A stretch of DNA of 63,956 nucleotides, counting the filler, from Hyphochytrium catenoides (Eukaryota > Protista > Hyphochytriomycota), in assembly GCA_900088475.1 (NCBI GenBank). It is 15 parts of 15 records of this genome, joined end to end, with 100 filler letters (N's around TTAATTAATTAA, not from the genome) between each part and the next. Parts side by side here need not be neighbours in the genome. Positions count along the whole stretch, not along the records: positions 47,421 to 52,383 come from FLMG01000230.1; positions 52,484 to 56,098 come from FLMG01003428.1; positions 56,199 to 61,470 come from FLMG01002257.1; positions 61,571 to 62,828 come from FLMG01000564.1; 11 more parts are not named here. One strand, 5' to 3'. The notes under the pieces were generated by a model. The model was not told the DNA's origin, made no database searches, and saw only the letters and a program-made list of their open reading frames with translations. Positions 51,587-62,928 of the stretch are shown in pieces. Made by a program: the position numbers and the translations under genes. How positions within the stretch are numbered: position 1 is the stretch's first letter; each line of letters opens with the position of its first letter.

Positions 51587-52215
51587 AAGAAAATAGAATG
51601 TTTGACAAAGAGAAAGCCAATGAAAGTGCAAACGTAAAAGGAATGAAGGAGGCGCTTGTGACCGGTGACCGGACGAGAGCCTACGATGAGGATAGCTCTC
51701 TTCTCTCCTTTCATCTTCTTTCTTAGTGCTGTCTCTCTCCTTCGCACATTCTCTCTCTCTCTCTCTCTTGAATCTTCCTCTCTAGGTCGCTTACCTTTGC
51801 CACTCTCTGTTTCTCTAGCTCTTTCAGATCTCCTTCCACCTGAAGAACTCTTTGCTCTTTCTTTCTCTGGATTTCAGAGATGTCGAAGGAGAATCTCCAG
51901 GGAATCTGCAGATTGAGACAAGAGAGAGAGACAAAGAGAGAGACATCGAGAAGAAATGGGAGGATAGGGAAAGAGAGAGACAGAGAGAGAGAGGGACAAC
52001 ATGGATAAAGATGTTGCTTTCATGAGGAAAAGGTAAGTCTAACATAAGAAGCGTCATACAGGCAGACGAAGGAGACGGAGAGGAGATAGGCAGAGAGAGA
52101 GAAGATGCGTATAAAGAGAGAGAGAGAGAGAAAGAGAGACAAGGAAGTTTACGCTCGTCCTCTTCGTTACAATGTCAGTGGTTCTCCGCGCTTCGTGGGG
52201 AACGTGTAGCCGTAT
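47421..52215 (-). CDS. Large multi-exon hypothetical protein, low-complexity/charged, partial
   Basis: More than 10 blocks, mostly AG/GT-bounded, e.g. IPWRFSFDISEIQRKKEQRVLQVEGDLKELEKQRVAK, MEENQPQDVGDKLL..SNG, RRISGFSIVEAPPRVQEE, KECRTPRGRLAELVRP, SEGETEKKQLDPRAIEFRRKQSS. No domain recognised. Confidence 0.55.
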
Positions 52216-52483
52216 CAAGGAAATGCAGAGAGAGAAAGACACAGAGTCACCGAGAGGAAGTTGAGTGAGAGAGAGAGGGAAGAAGAGAAAATAGAAGAAA
52301 CGGAGAGAGAGGTTAAACCTTATGTTCCTCGTTTCCTCCTAACTGCCCCAAAAGTTCTCCCTTCCAGTTCCAGATCCTGACCGNNNNNNNNNNNNNNNNN
52401 NNNNNNNNNNNNNNNNNNNNNNNNNNNTTAATTAATTAANNNNNNNNNNNNNNNNNNNNNNNNNNNNNNNNNNNNNNNNNNNN

Positions 52484-52999
52484 GAAGAGTCCAATGGGTG
52501 TGCCGAGAGTCCTTCCTCTCTCTGTGCCAGAGAGGATGGTGACCTGATCCTTCTCATCTCTCGGAGTGGTCAACTTGCTCTGTCCTGGACGCCGGCGAGT
52601 CAGCTGGGGTTGGATGTCTCCCTCTGTGAGTTCTAGGTTAGGAGGACAGCCATCCACGATGGCGCCGACTCCCTTGCAGTGAGACTCTCCAAAGCTACAT
52701 CATAGGGAATAACACAATGAAGGGACAATGATTAGCCAGCCAAAGAGTGAGGCCGACGCAGAAGTTGAAAGGGAGGTCTTGAAGCCCGAGGGAGAAGTAC
52801 AGAGTTATCAAGGGTCATCCAAACAAGAGACGGAGATAGGTAGAGTGTGCATGAAGCTGAGGATAAACAAATCACTGCATCAACGAGACAGAGTCCAGGT
52901 TGAGCATGAATCGCCCGCCGATAAGTAAGAGAGCTTCGGCATCTAGCTCAAGGGAACGACCTACGTGGTGACGCGGAAGACGTGTCCGAAGGTGCTCAT
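52484..52999 (-). CDS. aroC: Chorismate synthase, 5' part
   Basis: Exons 52999-52965 and 52694-52484 give [82 protein letters not shown], with signature GESH..G..DG.P and RRRPG. Confidence 0.96.
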
Positions 53000-54543
53000 G
53001 GTGCATACAGCAGATATAAAGCTTTCCAAAGGAGAGGCTACGCCTTGGCGGACAGATGATGATGCTCAGGGTCGACGGGGGAAGCGTGTGTGAGAGATGG
53101 TGGGGACTGATCTCTCTCTCTCAGGCGCCTAGTTTCGCTATCGCGCGCAAAGACAGGGGCAGGGCGAAGCAGCAGAACCAGCAGCAGCAGCGGTAGCGAC
53201 AGCAGCAGCAGCAGCGGCGGTCGCAAGAGCTGCTGATGGCACTAAAGGTCCGATTGAGAGTGGGAAGAGCTCTGGAGTTGTGACGATAAGAAGCGTTTTT
53301 GTTGAAGCGGCGAGAGGCGAGACAGCAGATCTAGAAAGAGACCAAAAGAGAGGAAGGGATTATTAGAGAATTAGAGTAAGCTGTGAGAGACAGAGTAGCG
53401 AAGAGACAGGAAGGAAGTAATGGTTTTTGACAAAGAAAGCTTGAGCTCTTCTTCTCAGAGATTTAATCTAGTCTGTGATGGTAACTGACCGCTAGTAATC
53501 ATACCAAGACACATGTTCTCATTATTGTGCAAAACGAGCAGAGAGAGAGAAAGAAAGAGAGAGAGACAGAGAGAGAGAGAGAGCGACTAAGAGAGAGAGG
53601 AAAAGAGAGAGAGAGAAAGAGAGAGTGAGCCCGCACGCGGGAGAAAGAAAGAGAGAGAGAGAGATAGAATGAGAGCGCGTGAGAGTGAGAGAAAGAGAGT
53701 GCGAGAGAAAGAGAGAAAGAATGAGAGAGAGAGTTGATGGTGACTACACAGGCGAAGTAACCCCTTCTTGTAGGCCTGCTTTCCCTTTCTTCGTTTTCCT
53801 CTTTCATCCTCTCCCTCTCATCGTCGGTTTTGTCCTTCCTCATCACTCTGTTCCGCTCTTCTTATTCTTTCTCCTCTTTTCTCCTCTCTCGCGTCTTCCG
53901 TGTACGAGGAAGAGAAAAGGTAGGAGAGAGGGAGAGGAAAACAGTTGAGAAGAAACACGATGATGCATGCTCACCACCAGATAGATACTACTATTTGCTA
54001 GCAATTGTTATGACCCTGGTGGGGAGAGTGCTTCTTACATGGACGAAGCAGCAGCAGCGAAGGACGCGCGTCCGGTGGTGAAGCACCCGACGATTCTCTA
54101 GCTGTAGGATAGCCCAGGACTAGTTAACAGTCAGTGAGCTAGTACTCCCGCTTTAGCTCCAGCAAACAAATAGATAATTATCTGGGAAGAAGACCGGATG
54201 GCGGTGGTGAGCGGAAGAAGAAAGAAGAAAGACTCATCCATCATCAGTGCTGGTCTCAATGGCTTATGTCCCTGTGTCGCGTCTGAGAAGCACACGTTAT
54301 CGTTTATTGAGAAGAGGGAATTACTATTCATCATCCTCCTGTCTCTCCTTCGCACTTATTCTGGCTCTCAACAACCTGCTGCTGTGGCCGCCTCTCTACG
54401 CTCTACTACGGCTTTGCTCAGCGGCAGCCCCTTGCTAGAGAAAAGTATCCAAGGCACGGCGTAGAGCGCACCCCCAAATGTTTGGGCCGTCCATCACTTG
54501 ATCAGCCCATGCTTCAACCTTCGTCGTCCCTATGAGGTGAAGG

Positions 54544-55158
54544 CTAACATTTCTGCCAAGAGAAGTTGTACTTGGTAGCGAATGAGCCATCAGTGGAGTC
54601 CACAGCCATGTAACTGGTGCTCTGAGGACTGGACGTGCCCTTCTTCACGCGCAGCTCAGTGTTGATGTTAAACAGGCGCTTCTCCTTGCATGGGGCGTAG
54701 ATAGCGACACCTGCCTCGTCAGTCACTTGCCAGTTGTCCTCCATAGGGCCCTTGAAGGTCTTAGAGCTCGGAGTGGTCAGAGAGTTGCCCTGGAAGTAGT
54801 AGGAAGCCTGTTGTAAACCTGTGGCGCCAGCAGCGAGGGAGGCAAACCCTCTGTAGTCAGCGCTGGCAATGGCGAATGTGAATCCGCTTGGGACATTTAC
54901 ACGGAGGTTCAGCTGGCAGTTCTTCCTTCCGTCGGTGGGCTTCGTGCCATAGCCTGCGGAGGCGAGGTAGGAGCTATAGGTGACGGTGAATGCCGTGTTG
55001 TCAGGAGCGACGGCCACGGCAGCAGAGCCAGGAGGGCATCCAGAGCCGTTCAGAGTGACGACATCAATGGTGATCTTCTCCTTTGGGGGAGGGACAGCCT
55101 GAGCGCTTCCAAGAAGAGCCGCAGCGGCGAGGAGAAGACCGGTGAGAGAGAACTTCAT
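54544..55158 (-). CDS. Secreted DUF4360 family protein, 204 aa, intronless
   Basis: Signal peptide MKFSLTGLLLAAAALLGSAQA; motifs NGSGCP.G, RKNCQLNL.V.VP.GF, ADYRGFA, YYFQG, APC, NINTELRV, terminal W.KC. Confidence 0.9.
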   Translation of the reverse strand: MKFSLTGLLLAAAALLGSAQAVPPPKEKITIDVVTLNGSGCPPGSAAVAVAPDNTAFTVTYSSYLASAGYGTKPTDGRKNCQLNLRVNVPSGFTFAIASADYRGFASLAAGATGLQQASYYFQGNSLTTPSSKTFKGPMEDNWQVTDEAGVAIYAPCKEKRLFNINTELRVKKGTSSPQSTSYMAVDSTDGSFATKYNFSWQKC

Positions 55159-56270
55159 GGTTTATCTAGCACGTTTGGTGTGATGAGGCTTCTGGTGAGT
55201 TTGGTTCTGGGTCTCCGGATGCAAGGAAGATTGGTAATGAGGTTCCCTCGGTGGCGGGCAACTCAATCAACTTTTGAGAAAAAAAAAGGGACCAGGTACA
55301 AGTGAATTGAAAGGAGGAGGAAGTAGAAGGAAGTGAAGGTCGTGCTATAGACGATAGAGAGCTAAGGAGAAGCAAGGGCGGAGAAGACGAGCTCTCACAA
55401 GGTGGTAGGCAGTTGATGCGGTGGTGCCCTGCACTAGCGACCGACGAATGGATGATAGGAACGTGACAAGTTGTTGCCCCAATCGTCAAGATTCCATCGT
55501 CTTCTATCCTCCTTTCCTTTCTGATCGTGTCCCTAAAGATACTGTCGGGTCTAGGATGGACGGCTGCTGGTGGTGCTGTCGATGTACGGCAGACCAAAAG
55601 GACCAGGAGGCAGAAGGAGAAAGAGAAAAGGACAAAGGGAGATAAGAACCGTTGAATGATGAGCCGCGCGGTGGGATGCAGCACAGCCAGTGGATGTTGT
55701 AGCATTGTCAAGACAACACCCACACCGTCAGACCTTTCGGACCTTGAGGAGAAGAAGTGAACGAGAAGATCGAGTAGCGAGAAAGCAGCAGTTGGAAGAC
55801 ACAGGGCAGGGCGTCACCGCTTTAGAGAACAAGGCCGAGTGATAATAGAGCAAAAACCAGAAAGAGGAAAGGCTAGGAGTGACAACTTATAATAGATGAT
55901 GTGCGCTAGCAGCAGGAAGAAGTTCAGTCCCGTTGCGTCGTTTTGGTCCTTTTACTACTTGGTTACCCGCTAGCGCAGCGGAAGCGGCGGCTGGGTAGTA
56001 CTATCTTCACCCTTTGTCTCCTCCTCCTCCATCTTGCCTGACACTCTCAATCGTGCTACCCTGCCTTTGATCCAACGCAACCTTGTCAGGACATTACANN
56101 NNNNNNNNNNNNNNNNNNNNNNNNNNNNNNNNNNNNNNNNNNTTAATTAATTAANNNNNNNNNNNNNNNNNNNNNNNNNNNNNNNNNNNNNNNNNNNNTA
56201 ACGCTTCTGAATGTCTTGGTGCTTCTCTCTCTCTCTCTCTCTCCTCTGTTCCCATAACTTGGACTTTATT

Positions 56271-56660
56271 ACCTGCATCGCAGTGCCCGCACACCGTCCC
56301 TCTTCCTCGGCTGTACCCTGGAGGACAGGAGGGAGGGCCCTCGCTCTTCATCTGACTGTCAGACATTGACTCTCCTGCTTGTGCTAAAGCTTTAGAAGAT
56401 AAAATCTGCATCTCTCCCGTCTCTGCCTCGATGTCCAGCTGTTGTCTAGGAGGAAATGCATCTATGGAGGCGCTGACTGGCTGCTGTTCATGCTCTGTCT
56501 CTCTTCCATTTGTTGCCCAAGGTAAGCGTGCAATCGAGGAACTACTGAGCAAATCTTTCAGCTCTTCGTCTGCGCAAAGGGCGCCATACGGAAGAGAAAG
56601 GAGAAGGACAATGGCCAGCAAGGAGTTGAGCACCCGCCGGTCTCCTCCTCCGCCTGCCAT
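56271..56660 (-). CDS. Secreted/surface protein N-terminal exon with Cys-rich (GCC2/ephrin-receptor-like) repeat start
   Basis: Signal-like LLAIVLLLSLPYGALCA; CPPGYSRGRGTVCGHCDAG then a GT donor. The rest is lost in the gap. Confidence 0.55.
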
Positions 56661-57145
56661 ATAAAGCCTTCAGCAAGAGGGAGTGCCAGGACCCTCTCTC
56701 TCTTTCTCTCCCTCTCGTTCAATCTCTTTAGGGCGTGCCAGAGATGGCTCTAGCCATCGTTTGCTTCACATAGTAGCACTAGTGCGTCGATGCTCTCGTT
56801 GGAGATAACATTTTATGGGGAGAAGGAGCCATCAAGCTGTCTGCTCAAGAACTGGCTAGGAATGCTAGCTTGCAGACAAAGTATGGGCCATATCCTCCTT
56901 GATAAGATTGCTCTCTCTCTCTCTCGTTGGGCTCAACCAATCTCTTTATCTTCGGTCATCACTTTCTCTTTCTCTAATCTCTCTTCTGCTCTCTGCTCGT
57001 CATTGCAGCTTCTCTTCGCGCGCGCTGGCAGTACCCTAGCACGTGCAAGAAATGGAGATGCCATCCACCCATCTAAGGGAGCATGAGGCAGAGAGAGAGA
57101 CAGAGAGAGGGAAGAGGAGAAGGAGAGAGCGAGCGAGAAGAAGAG

Positions 57146-57178
<33 letters not shown>

Positions 57179-57885
57179 CGAGGAGAGAGAGCAACAGCTA
57201 TTAGCATAACACATGCCGTTCCTTAGGGTTAATAGCAGTAATGATGAGCAACAAAGCAGGATGGGCGGCGGAGAGCCCACAGTTCACTTATGAAAGCAGT
57301 TACCACTGTTAGGCAGTGTGACCAAGGCGAGGCGCAAGGTAGAGAGGAGAGAATGGAGCGTCTTGACTGCTCAAGATTCTGAACACGTCTCTGCTTTCTC
57401 TCCCTCTCTCTCACTCTTCCTCTCTAATCCCCACCGCTCTCGCGCTCTTTCTTGTTTCTTCCTATTCCGTCTCACCTCGCTTTCCTCTTCTCCCCTAACT
57501 CTGTCTTTCTTTCTTTTTCTCTTTCTCTTTATTCCTCTCTCTGTTTCTCTTCTTGAGAGCCGCGTGTACTAAGGCACTTAGCGGTCGAAGGAGAGAAAGG
57601 CGCTAGAACGCTTTGTCCTGCACCAACAACAGGCCAAGAAAGAGGTTGAGGTTCCTTTGTTGACTTCATCCCCAGAAGATGCTGGCGAGACTCTGAGGTA
57701 AAGGAGAGAGAACATGTACAAGATAGACAGACGATCGCGGTGCTTAGTAACCGCCAACTCTAACGTTCAACGTGGACTCTACAACTGGGGATGCGGCCCC
57801 GAAAGTACCTCGAAAGCTCAAAGGACCTTGGTTGCTTGGGTGGGAAAATGAGTGCTGGTGACAGGGGAGGAAGGAGGGAGGCCAC

Positions 57886-57987
57886 TAGAGAGGGAGAGCT
57901 AGAGAGAGAGCTAGAGAGAGAGAGCTAGAGAGAGAGAGAGAGAGAGAGAGAGAGCTAGAGATAGATAGATAAAGAGAGAGAGAGAGC

Positions 57988-58024
<37 letters not shown>
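57886..58024. repeat. Compound (GA)n microsatellite with periodic GCTA interruptions
   Basis: (GA)4-5GCTA units repeated several times, plus a short (GATA)n. Confidence 0.8.
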
Positions 58025-59849
58025 GAAGGTAGCGAAACAGAAAAGAACACCTAATATTTGGAAGGAAGGAAGGAGTGAAGACAGGAACCATTCCTAGCGA
58101 AAAGAGACAAAGCCTGGGGAAGGCCGGCTGCGTCGGCTGGGTAAATACCAGTTAAGGACTGTTCAATGAAAGAAGGAGAGAGGCAGCAGGGTCGTCACTG
58201 GTTCGAGCCTTTCTCTCTCTTATCTTCTCCCTATATTAAGCGGGCCGAGTGAGGAGGCCTGAGTCTCTCTCATAAGTGTGCTTGAGAGACCGAGGGACAC
58301 ATCATAACTTGGGCTTAGGACGGGCGTTGCGAGACAGAGTGGACTGGTAGGAACAGTTGTCGCTCCTGGGCTCTCCAAGTGGTTTATATCCTTGGTAGTT
58401 ACTCTGACGATGAAGCCTTACAGAGAACATTACTTTAGGGGTGGGGGCAACGCCATAGACTCTGAGTAAGAAGATCCCTCTATTATAGATATACTGATGG
58501 TGAGTACCTTCTCCATCCAGGGTAGGCGACGGCTATGTCCAGTACTGTTTTATTCGAATACACGTCGGGGTAGTTTAGCTGGAGAGGGTGGTAAGTACCA
58601 TGAAGGCCGTTACGGGCCCGTCCAGTAGCTGTTGGTCGGACCCTCGGCCGCGCTACCGACTCAGGCAGTCTCTCTCTTCTCCCTCTCTCTCTCTCTTTCT
58701 CTCTCTGTTTCTCTCTCTCTCTCTCTCTGTTTCTCTCTCTCTCTCTCTCTTCTCTTCTCTCTAGCTCTCTTTCTTTCTCCCTTCTCTCTCTTCTCTCTCT
58801 TTCCTCTTTCGTTTCTCTCTCCTTTACTCCCACGCCACTTTCACTTTGCCCCTTCCTAATGTTCATATCATCAAAATCGCCGTCGATGTTCCCTTTTTCC
58901 CCGCCGTTCACACACTGCTTGCTGGCTGTTCTCTTTTTTCTTTCTCTCTCAGAAGAGGCAGAACCGCTCTTTGTGTCTGCGTACCGCCCCTTTCTCCTCC
59001 AAACAACACAGGGGCACACCTTCCCTATATTCTCTCCTCTCTCCATCTGTTTATCTCTTTTCTAGAAGAACTCTGCAATCGCTAAATTAGCGGTGATTAC
59101 CATCATTGATCCAAATCCCAAGCACCATCTAATGGCTGGGCTCTTGTCTCTTTCTTTTCCCTCAGGACCTCTCGGCTAGCAAGAAGTCCGCTTTGGTTGA
59201 AGGGAAGAGAGAGTATAATATAAGAGGCGATAGGTCTAAGCGCTAAGAAGAAGGAACAAGCAAAAAGAATGCCAAAGGCAGAGGCAGGACTAAGAGAAGA
59301 GAAGACGAAGCTGTCTACGTGTGCTAGTCCTCACTAGTGCGGCCTGTTTATGTGTGATGACTGCCATTCTAACAAATGAATAAACGGAAGGATGCTGCCT
59401 CATCTGTTATGTCGCCCTCGCTTGTCACTGATTCTTGGAATTGCTCGGGACTGCCGAGGAAGAAAGAAGTCCGTCTTCTAGCAGCCATAATTTGTTAATT
59501 GTATCCCCGTCCTTTGCTCCTGCATGATGGACAAGGTTCATCGAGGACGATGCTAATAAGCTTCTCTATCTCATTCTTCCGTCTACTGAGGAGAAGGATC
59601 TCGCCGCGTGCAAAAGAGGCGATAGCGGGCAAAAGTAGTGAGTAGCTCTCCAAACCGTAAGCGCTAGGAAGCAAAATGCTGATAATCCCGGCAGCTGTGC
59701 CAGGAGCCTGGAGCCAGCAACCAAAAAAAGAAGGAAGTCCTGGTTGGACGTGCTGTTCTAAGTCCCTCAGGAGGAAGACGACTTCGTAAAGGCAACCTCT
59801 CCTCTCTCTCTCTCTCTCTCTCTTTCTCCGTTTTTCTCTCTTTTTTTCT

Positions 59850-59870
59850 CTAACCCTAACCCTAACCCTA
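59850..59870. repeat. Short interstitial (CCCTAA)n tract, 3.5 units
   Basis: CTAACCCTAACCCTAACCCTA. Confidence 0.75.
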
Positions 59871-60052
59871 CTCCCTCCCGCACGATCTCGCTCTAGCTTT
59901 CTCTGACTCTTTCGGGGTCTCTTTCCTGGCTGCGACATCAAAAAAACGCCCCAGAGCACTTGTGTCCTTCCCTTGTGACGGAGACGCAGTTGGCGCTGCT
60001 AATCCAGGCGCTGCTAATCCACCACCAGTCTCTCTCCTGACCGGTTTGTCCA

Positions 60053-61470
60053 TTAGCAGACGGGGTTCTGCAGCATCATCCATAGGACGTAGGGCAATAT
60101 GAAGGGCCCATACATCACCTGGATGGCACAAGATATCACAAGGATGGACCTCGTAGACTCCTCCAGTTGCTTGATGATGGGAACTCCTAGCTTCAGATCA
60201 ATGATAAGAATGAAGACAAGCACCTCTCCCACGACAATCCCAATATAACTAAGATATTCAGCCTTAAAGCCCAGAGCTGCCCAGTAAGATGACTGTCCAG
60301 TGCTGTCAAAGCACGCATCGTTGTGGAAGACTTTGGCTGCGAAGAGGTTGCGGAAGAGCAGCAATGACGTGGTGTGCCCTATGCCGACGAGGTTAGTCGT
60401 GATAAGACTCACACATATCTGTTTCCATAGATAGAAAGACCTGTCCTCTTTGGATCGCTGGTCTCCTCTGAAGAGAAATTGCCCTTCGTTGTCATCACTT
60501 CTTCCTCTTTGGCCCTCCACTCCCAGTGATGGTCTCTCTTTTGGTCTAGAGGAAGAATCCAACCTGCTAATGACTCTGCTAGAGCCTCTCATCCGCCCGC
60601 TGCGAGAGCCCAAAACCTTACGCTTCTTGTACCAGAGCGCAAGGAGACAGCCCAGGGAAGAGAGGATGATAGACGAGAGGAGCAATCGGCGGACATCTGT
60701 CCCCTCAGAGACGCTTGCGGCGAACTGGAGAAGCTGTGTAAGGAGATACATTGCGAAGAGAAGCGTGTCCACTTGCATACCATAGCCCATACTCGTCAGC
60801 ACACACTTCTCCACGGTGAAGGAGGTTCCAAAGAAAAGTATGGGCAGCAACCCCGAGATGAGGGTCTTGCGGAAGAACGGATCGGCTTGGCTTCTTATGA
60901 CGGGAAAGAGGAGGAAGAGAGTGCCTAAGCCCGTGACATAGGGCACCTGAGTCGCTGCCATGACCGCCAGACGGTCCTTAAGAGGCACTGGCAGGTGCAG
61001 GAGGAAGACAACTGCAGTCATTATGAGAATCGTGAGATAGCCCAGATCTCTCAGAGGCTCTATCTCATACACAGCATACACAGTGTAGGTTGTCAGGACA
61101 AGTGCCTGCTCAAGAAGATAAAAGCAGAATAGTCTCCAAGCTATCTTGCGCCCTGGAGGGCGAAGAAAGATGCGTGGAAAGCTTGCGCACGCCGTGTACA
61201 TTGGCCCAAGATGACTGAAAGGTATGCTGAGGAGCAAGACAAAGAGAAAGTTCCCAAAGTTTAGCGTTGCAATGAATGTCAGACAGCTGAACTCTTCAAA
61301 GTCAATGGGGACATAGTTCTGCTGCCCACGACCTTGCTGAGACGAGAAAGAGAGAACGGACGAAAGACCTGTCTCCTCTCCTTCTTCTTCTCCTCCTGTC
61401 CCTGAAGATGCCTCCTCCTCCGTGGTGCTCGGTACCGGCTCGTCATGAATGGAGAAGTCCGTGTTCCCTC
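60053..61470 (-). CDS. Polytopic membrane protein, 5' partial
   Basis: Frame appears open from the gap at 61470 to TAA at 60053. About 9-10 hydrophobic segments are split by a charged Ser/Arg-rich loop; no microsatellites. Confidence 0.7.
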
Positions 61471-61570
61471 NNNNNNNNNNNNNNNNNNNNNNNNNNNNNN
61501 NNNNNNNNNNNNNNTTAATTAATTAANNNNNNNNNNNNNNNNNNNNNNNNNNNNNNNNNNNNNNNNNNNN

Positions 61571-62828
61571 AAGAAGCTCTGCTGGAAGAGAGCCGACGGA
61601 TCTTATTCGATCTCTCTAACAGCTTCTTGGTCATTGACGACGAACTCATCAGCTCAAGGGCGAAGGATGTTCAGGTACGTCAGCATCTCTTGCAGAATAA
61701 AGCTGCTTCTTCTCACGAATTTTCGTGCCTAGGTTGTCACTCTAAGTCAGCGCAAAGCGGGTAAAGAAGGACAGTGCGCGGACGTGGTGGCGGAGTCGGT
61801 TACCAGGCTTGTAGGAGCAAGTAGGTTGAGGCGGAAGAAGGCCAAGCAGAATCAGGCCGTGGATGAGCTTCTAAAAGAGATGAAGAAGCATCACCCTGGG
61901 CCATGGTCAGGCGCAATTCTCACTATGGATAGGGGATATTGTAATCCGGCTGTGCTTACCAGTGTAACGCAAATGTACCTTGAAACCCTTTCCAGTGCGA
62001 TTTATCCCCAATAACGGACTGAAAGAGTTCTTACGCAGGGGCTTGGGCTGTGCTTTTATCATGCCTGATCATCTTATCTTCTACCACCCATATGCAACGG
62101 CGACCCAAGTCCGTAAATCTCTTTTGAACAAGAAGCAGAACCAGCAGAACACTTCCTCTGCTAGGAGCAGCGTTGCAGCGGACAAAGAGGAAGAACGATA
62201 CGAGAGTCCAGAGCTAGAAGTCCGATCAGCCAGCAGGCAGTGGACAGTATCGGATGGTCCTCTCTTTGGGCGCTCCGTATACAGTGCCTCAAAGTCTTTC
62301 AAGGTGACGGTGGATGGCAGTGGTAAGAACAACCAGCAGGTGGTTCACGCAATAGCTGTGCGTGAACCAGGGGATCAAGACACATCCCAGGTGCTCCGTT
62401 TCTACTTTTCCTGGCCAGGGAGTGACAATCGACAGAGCATCCTTAACAAGTGGCTTGCTAGCTATAATCCTGGTAAGCGCTTTCGGTATTCACACAGTTT
62501 ATCATACCACCTGGTAATAAGAAAAGTCTGCTGCAGGAACGAAGACAGCAGGTGGTGACATTCTTTACTATCCTGGGGACGTCAATCCCTCTGAGGACAG
62601 GCAACTAATTGAAAGTCTTCTCGATGGAGAGCACTTCATCCCTTTAACTGCGGGGCAACGATGCGCAGACTGGTTCACGTTAAGACAATTCCGATGCACA
62701 GCAACTATGGCTGGTCGTATCGCATCTCTGGACTCCAATTCAAGAAGGCTTCTGCGGCAAACGCCTGGGGACTCTCCAAACATGCCGTCTGATGAAGCTA
62801 TTTTAAGTGAGTTCGTGGATAGCTGGTT
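61571..62828 (+). mobile_element. Spliced piggyBac-like DDD transposase fragment running into a YqaJ/lambda-exonuclease-like N-terminal motif
   Basis: Introns 61675-61732, ~61964-62027 (boundaries uncertain) and 62473-62536 give one frame: SFLVIDDELISSR..RKAGKEG..AILTMDRGY..PLTAGQRCADWFTLRQFRCTATMAG..SWF. Confidence 0.65.
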
Positions 62829-62928
62829 NNNNNNNNNNNNNNNNNNNNNNNNNNNNNNNNNNNNNNNNNNNNTTAATTAATTAANNNNNNNNNNNNNNNN
62901 NNNNNNNNNNNNNNNNNNNNNNNNNNNN

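Noticed and set aside
31100-51631. Many Ser/Leu-rich or Arg/Glu-rich ORFs of 100-300 aa
   Set aside because: These are translations of (CT)n/(GA)n tracts, which contain no stop codons.
58483-59959. ORFs 58483-59046 and 59495-59959
   Set aside because: Both span microsatellite tracts and show no recognisable motifs.
8804-62884. Fourteen identical TTAATTAATTAA palindromes as a biological repeat or recombination site
   Set aside because: Each is centred in 44+44 N and has stops in all six frames, so it is an assembly spacer. Gene neighbourhoods across spacers were not interpreted.
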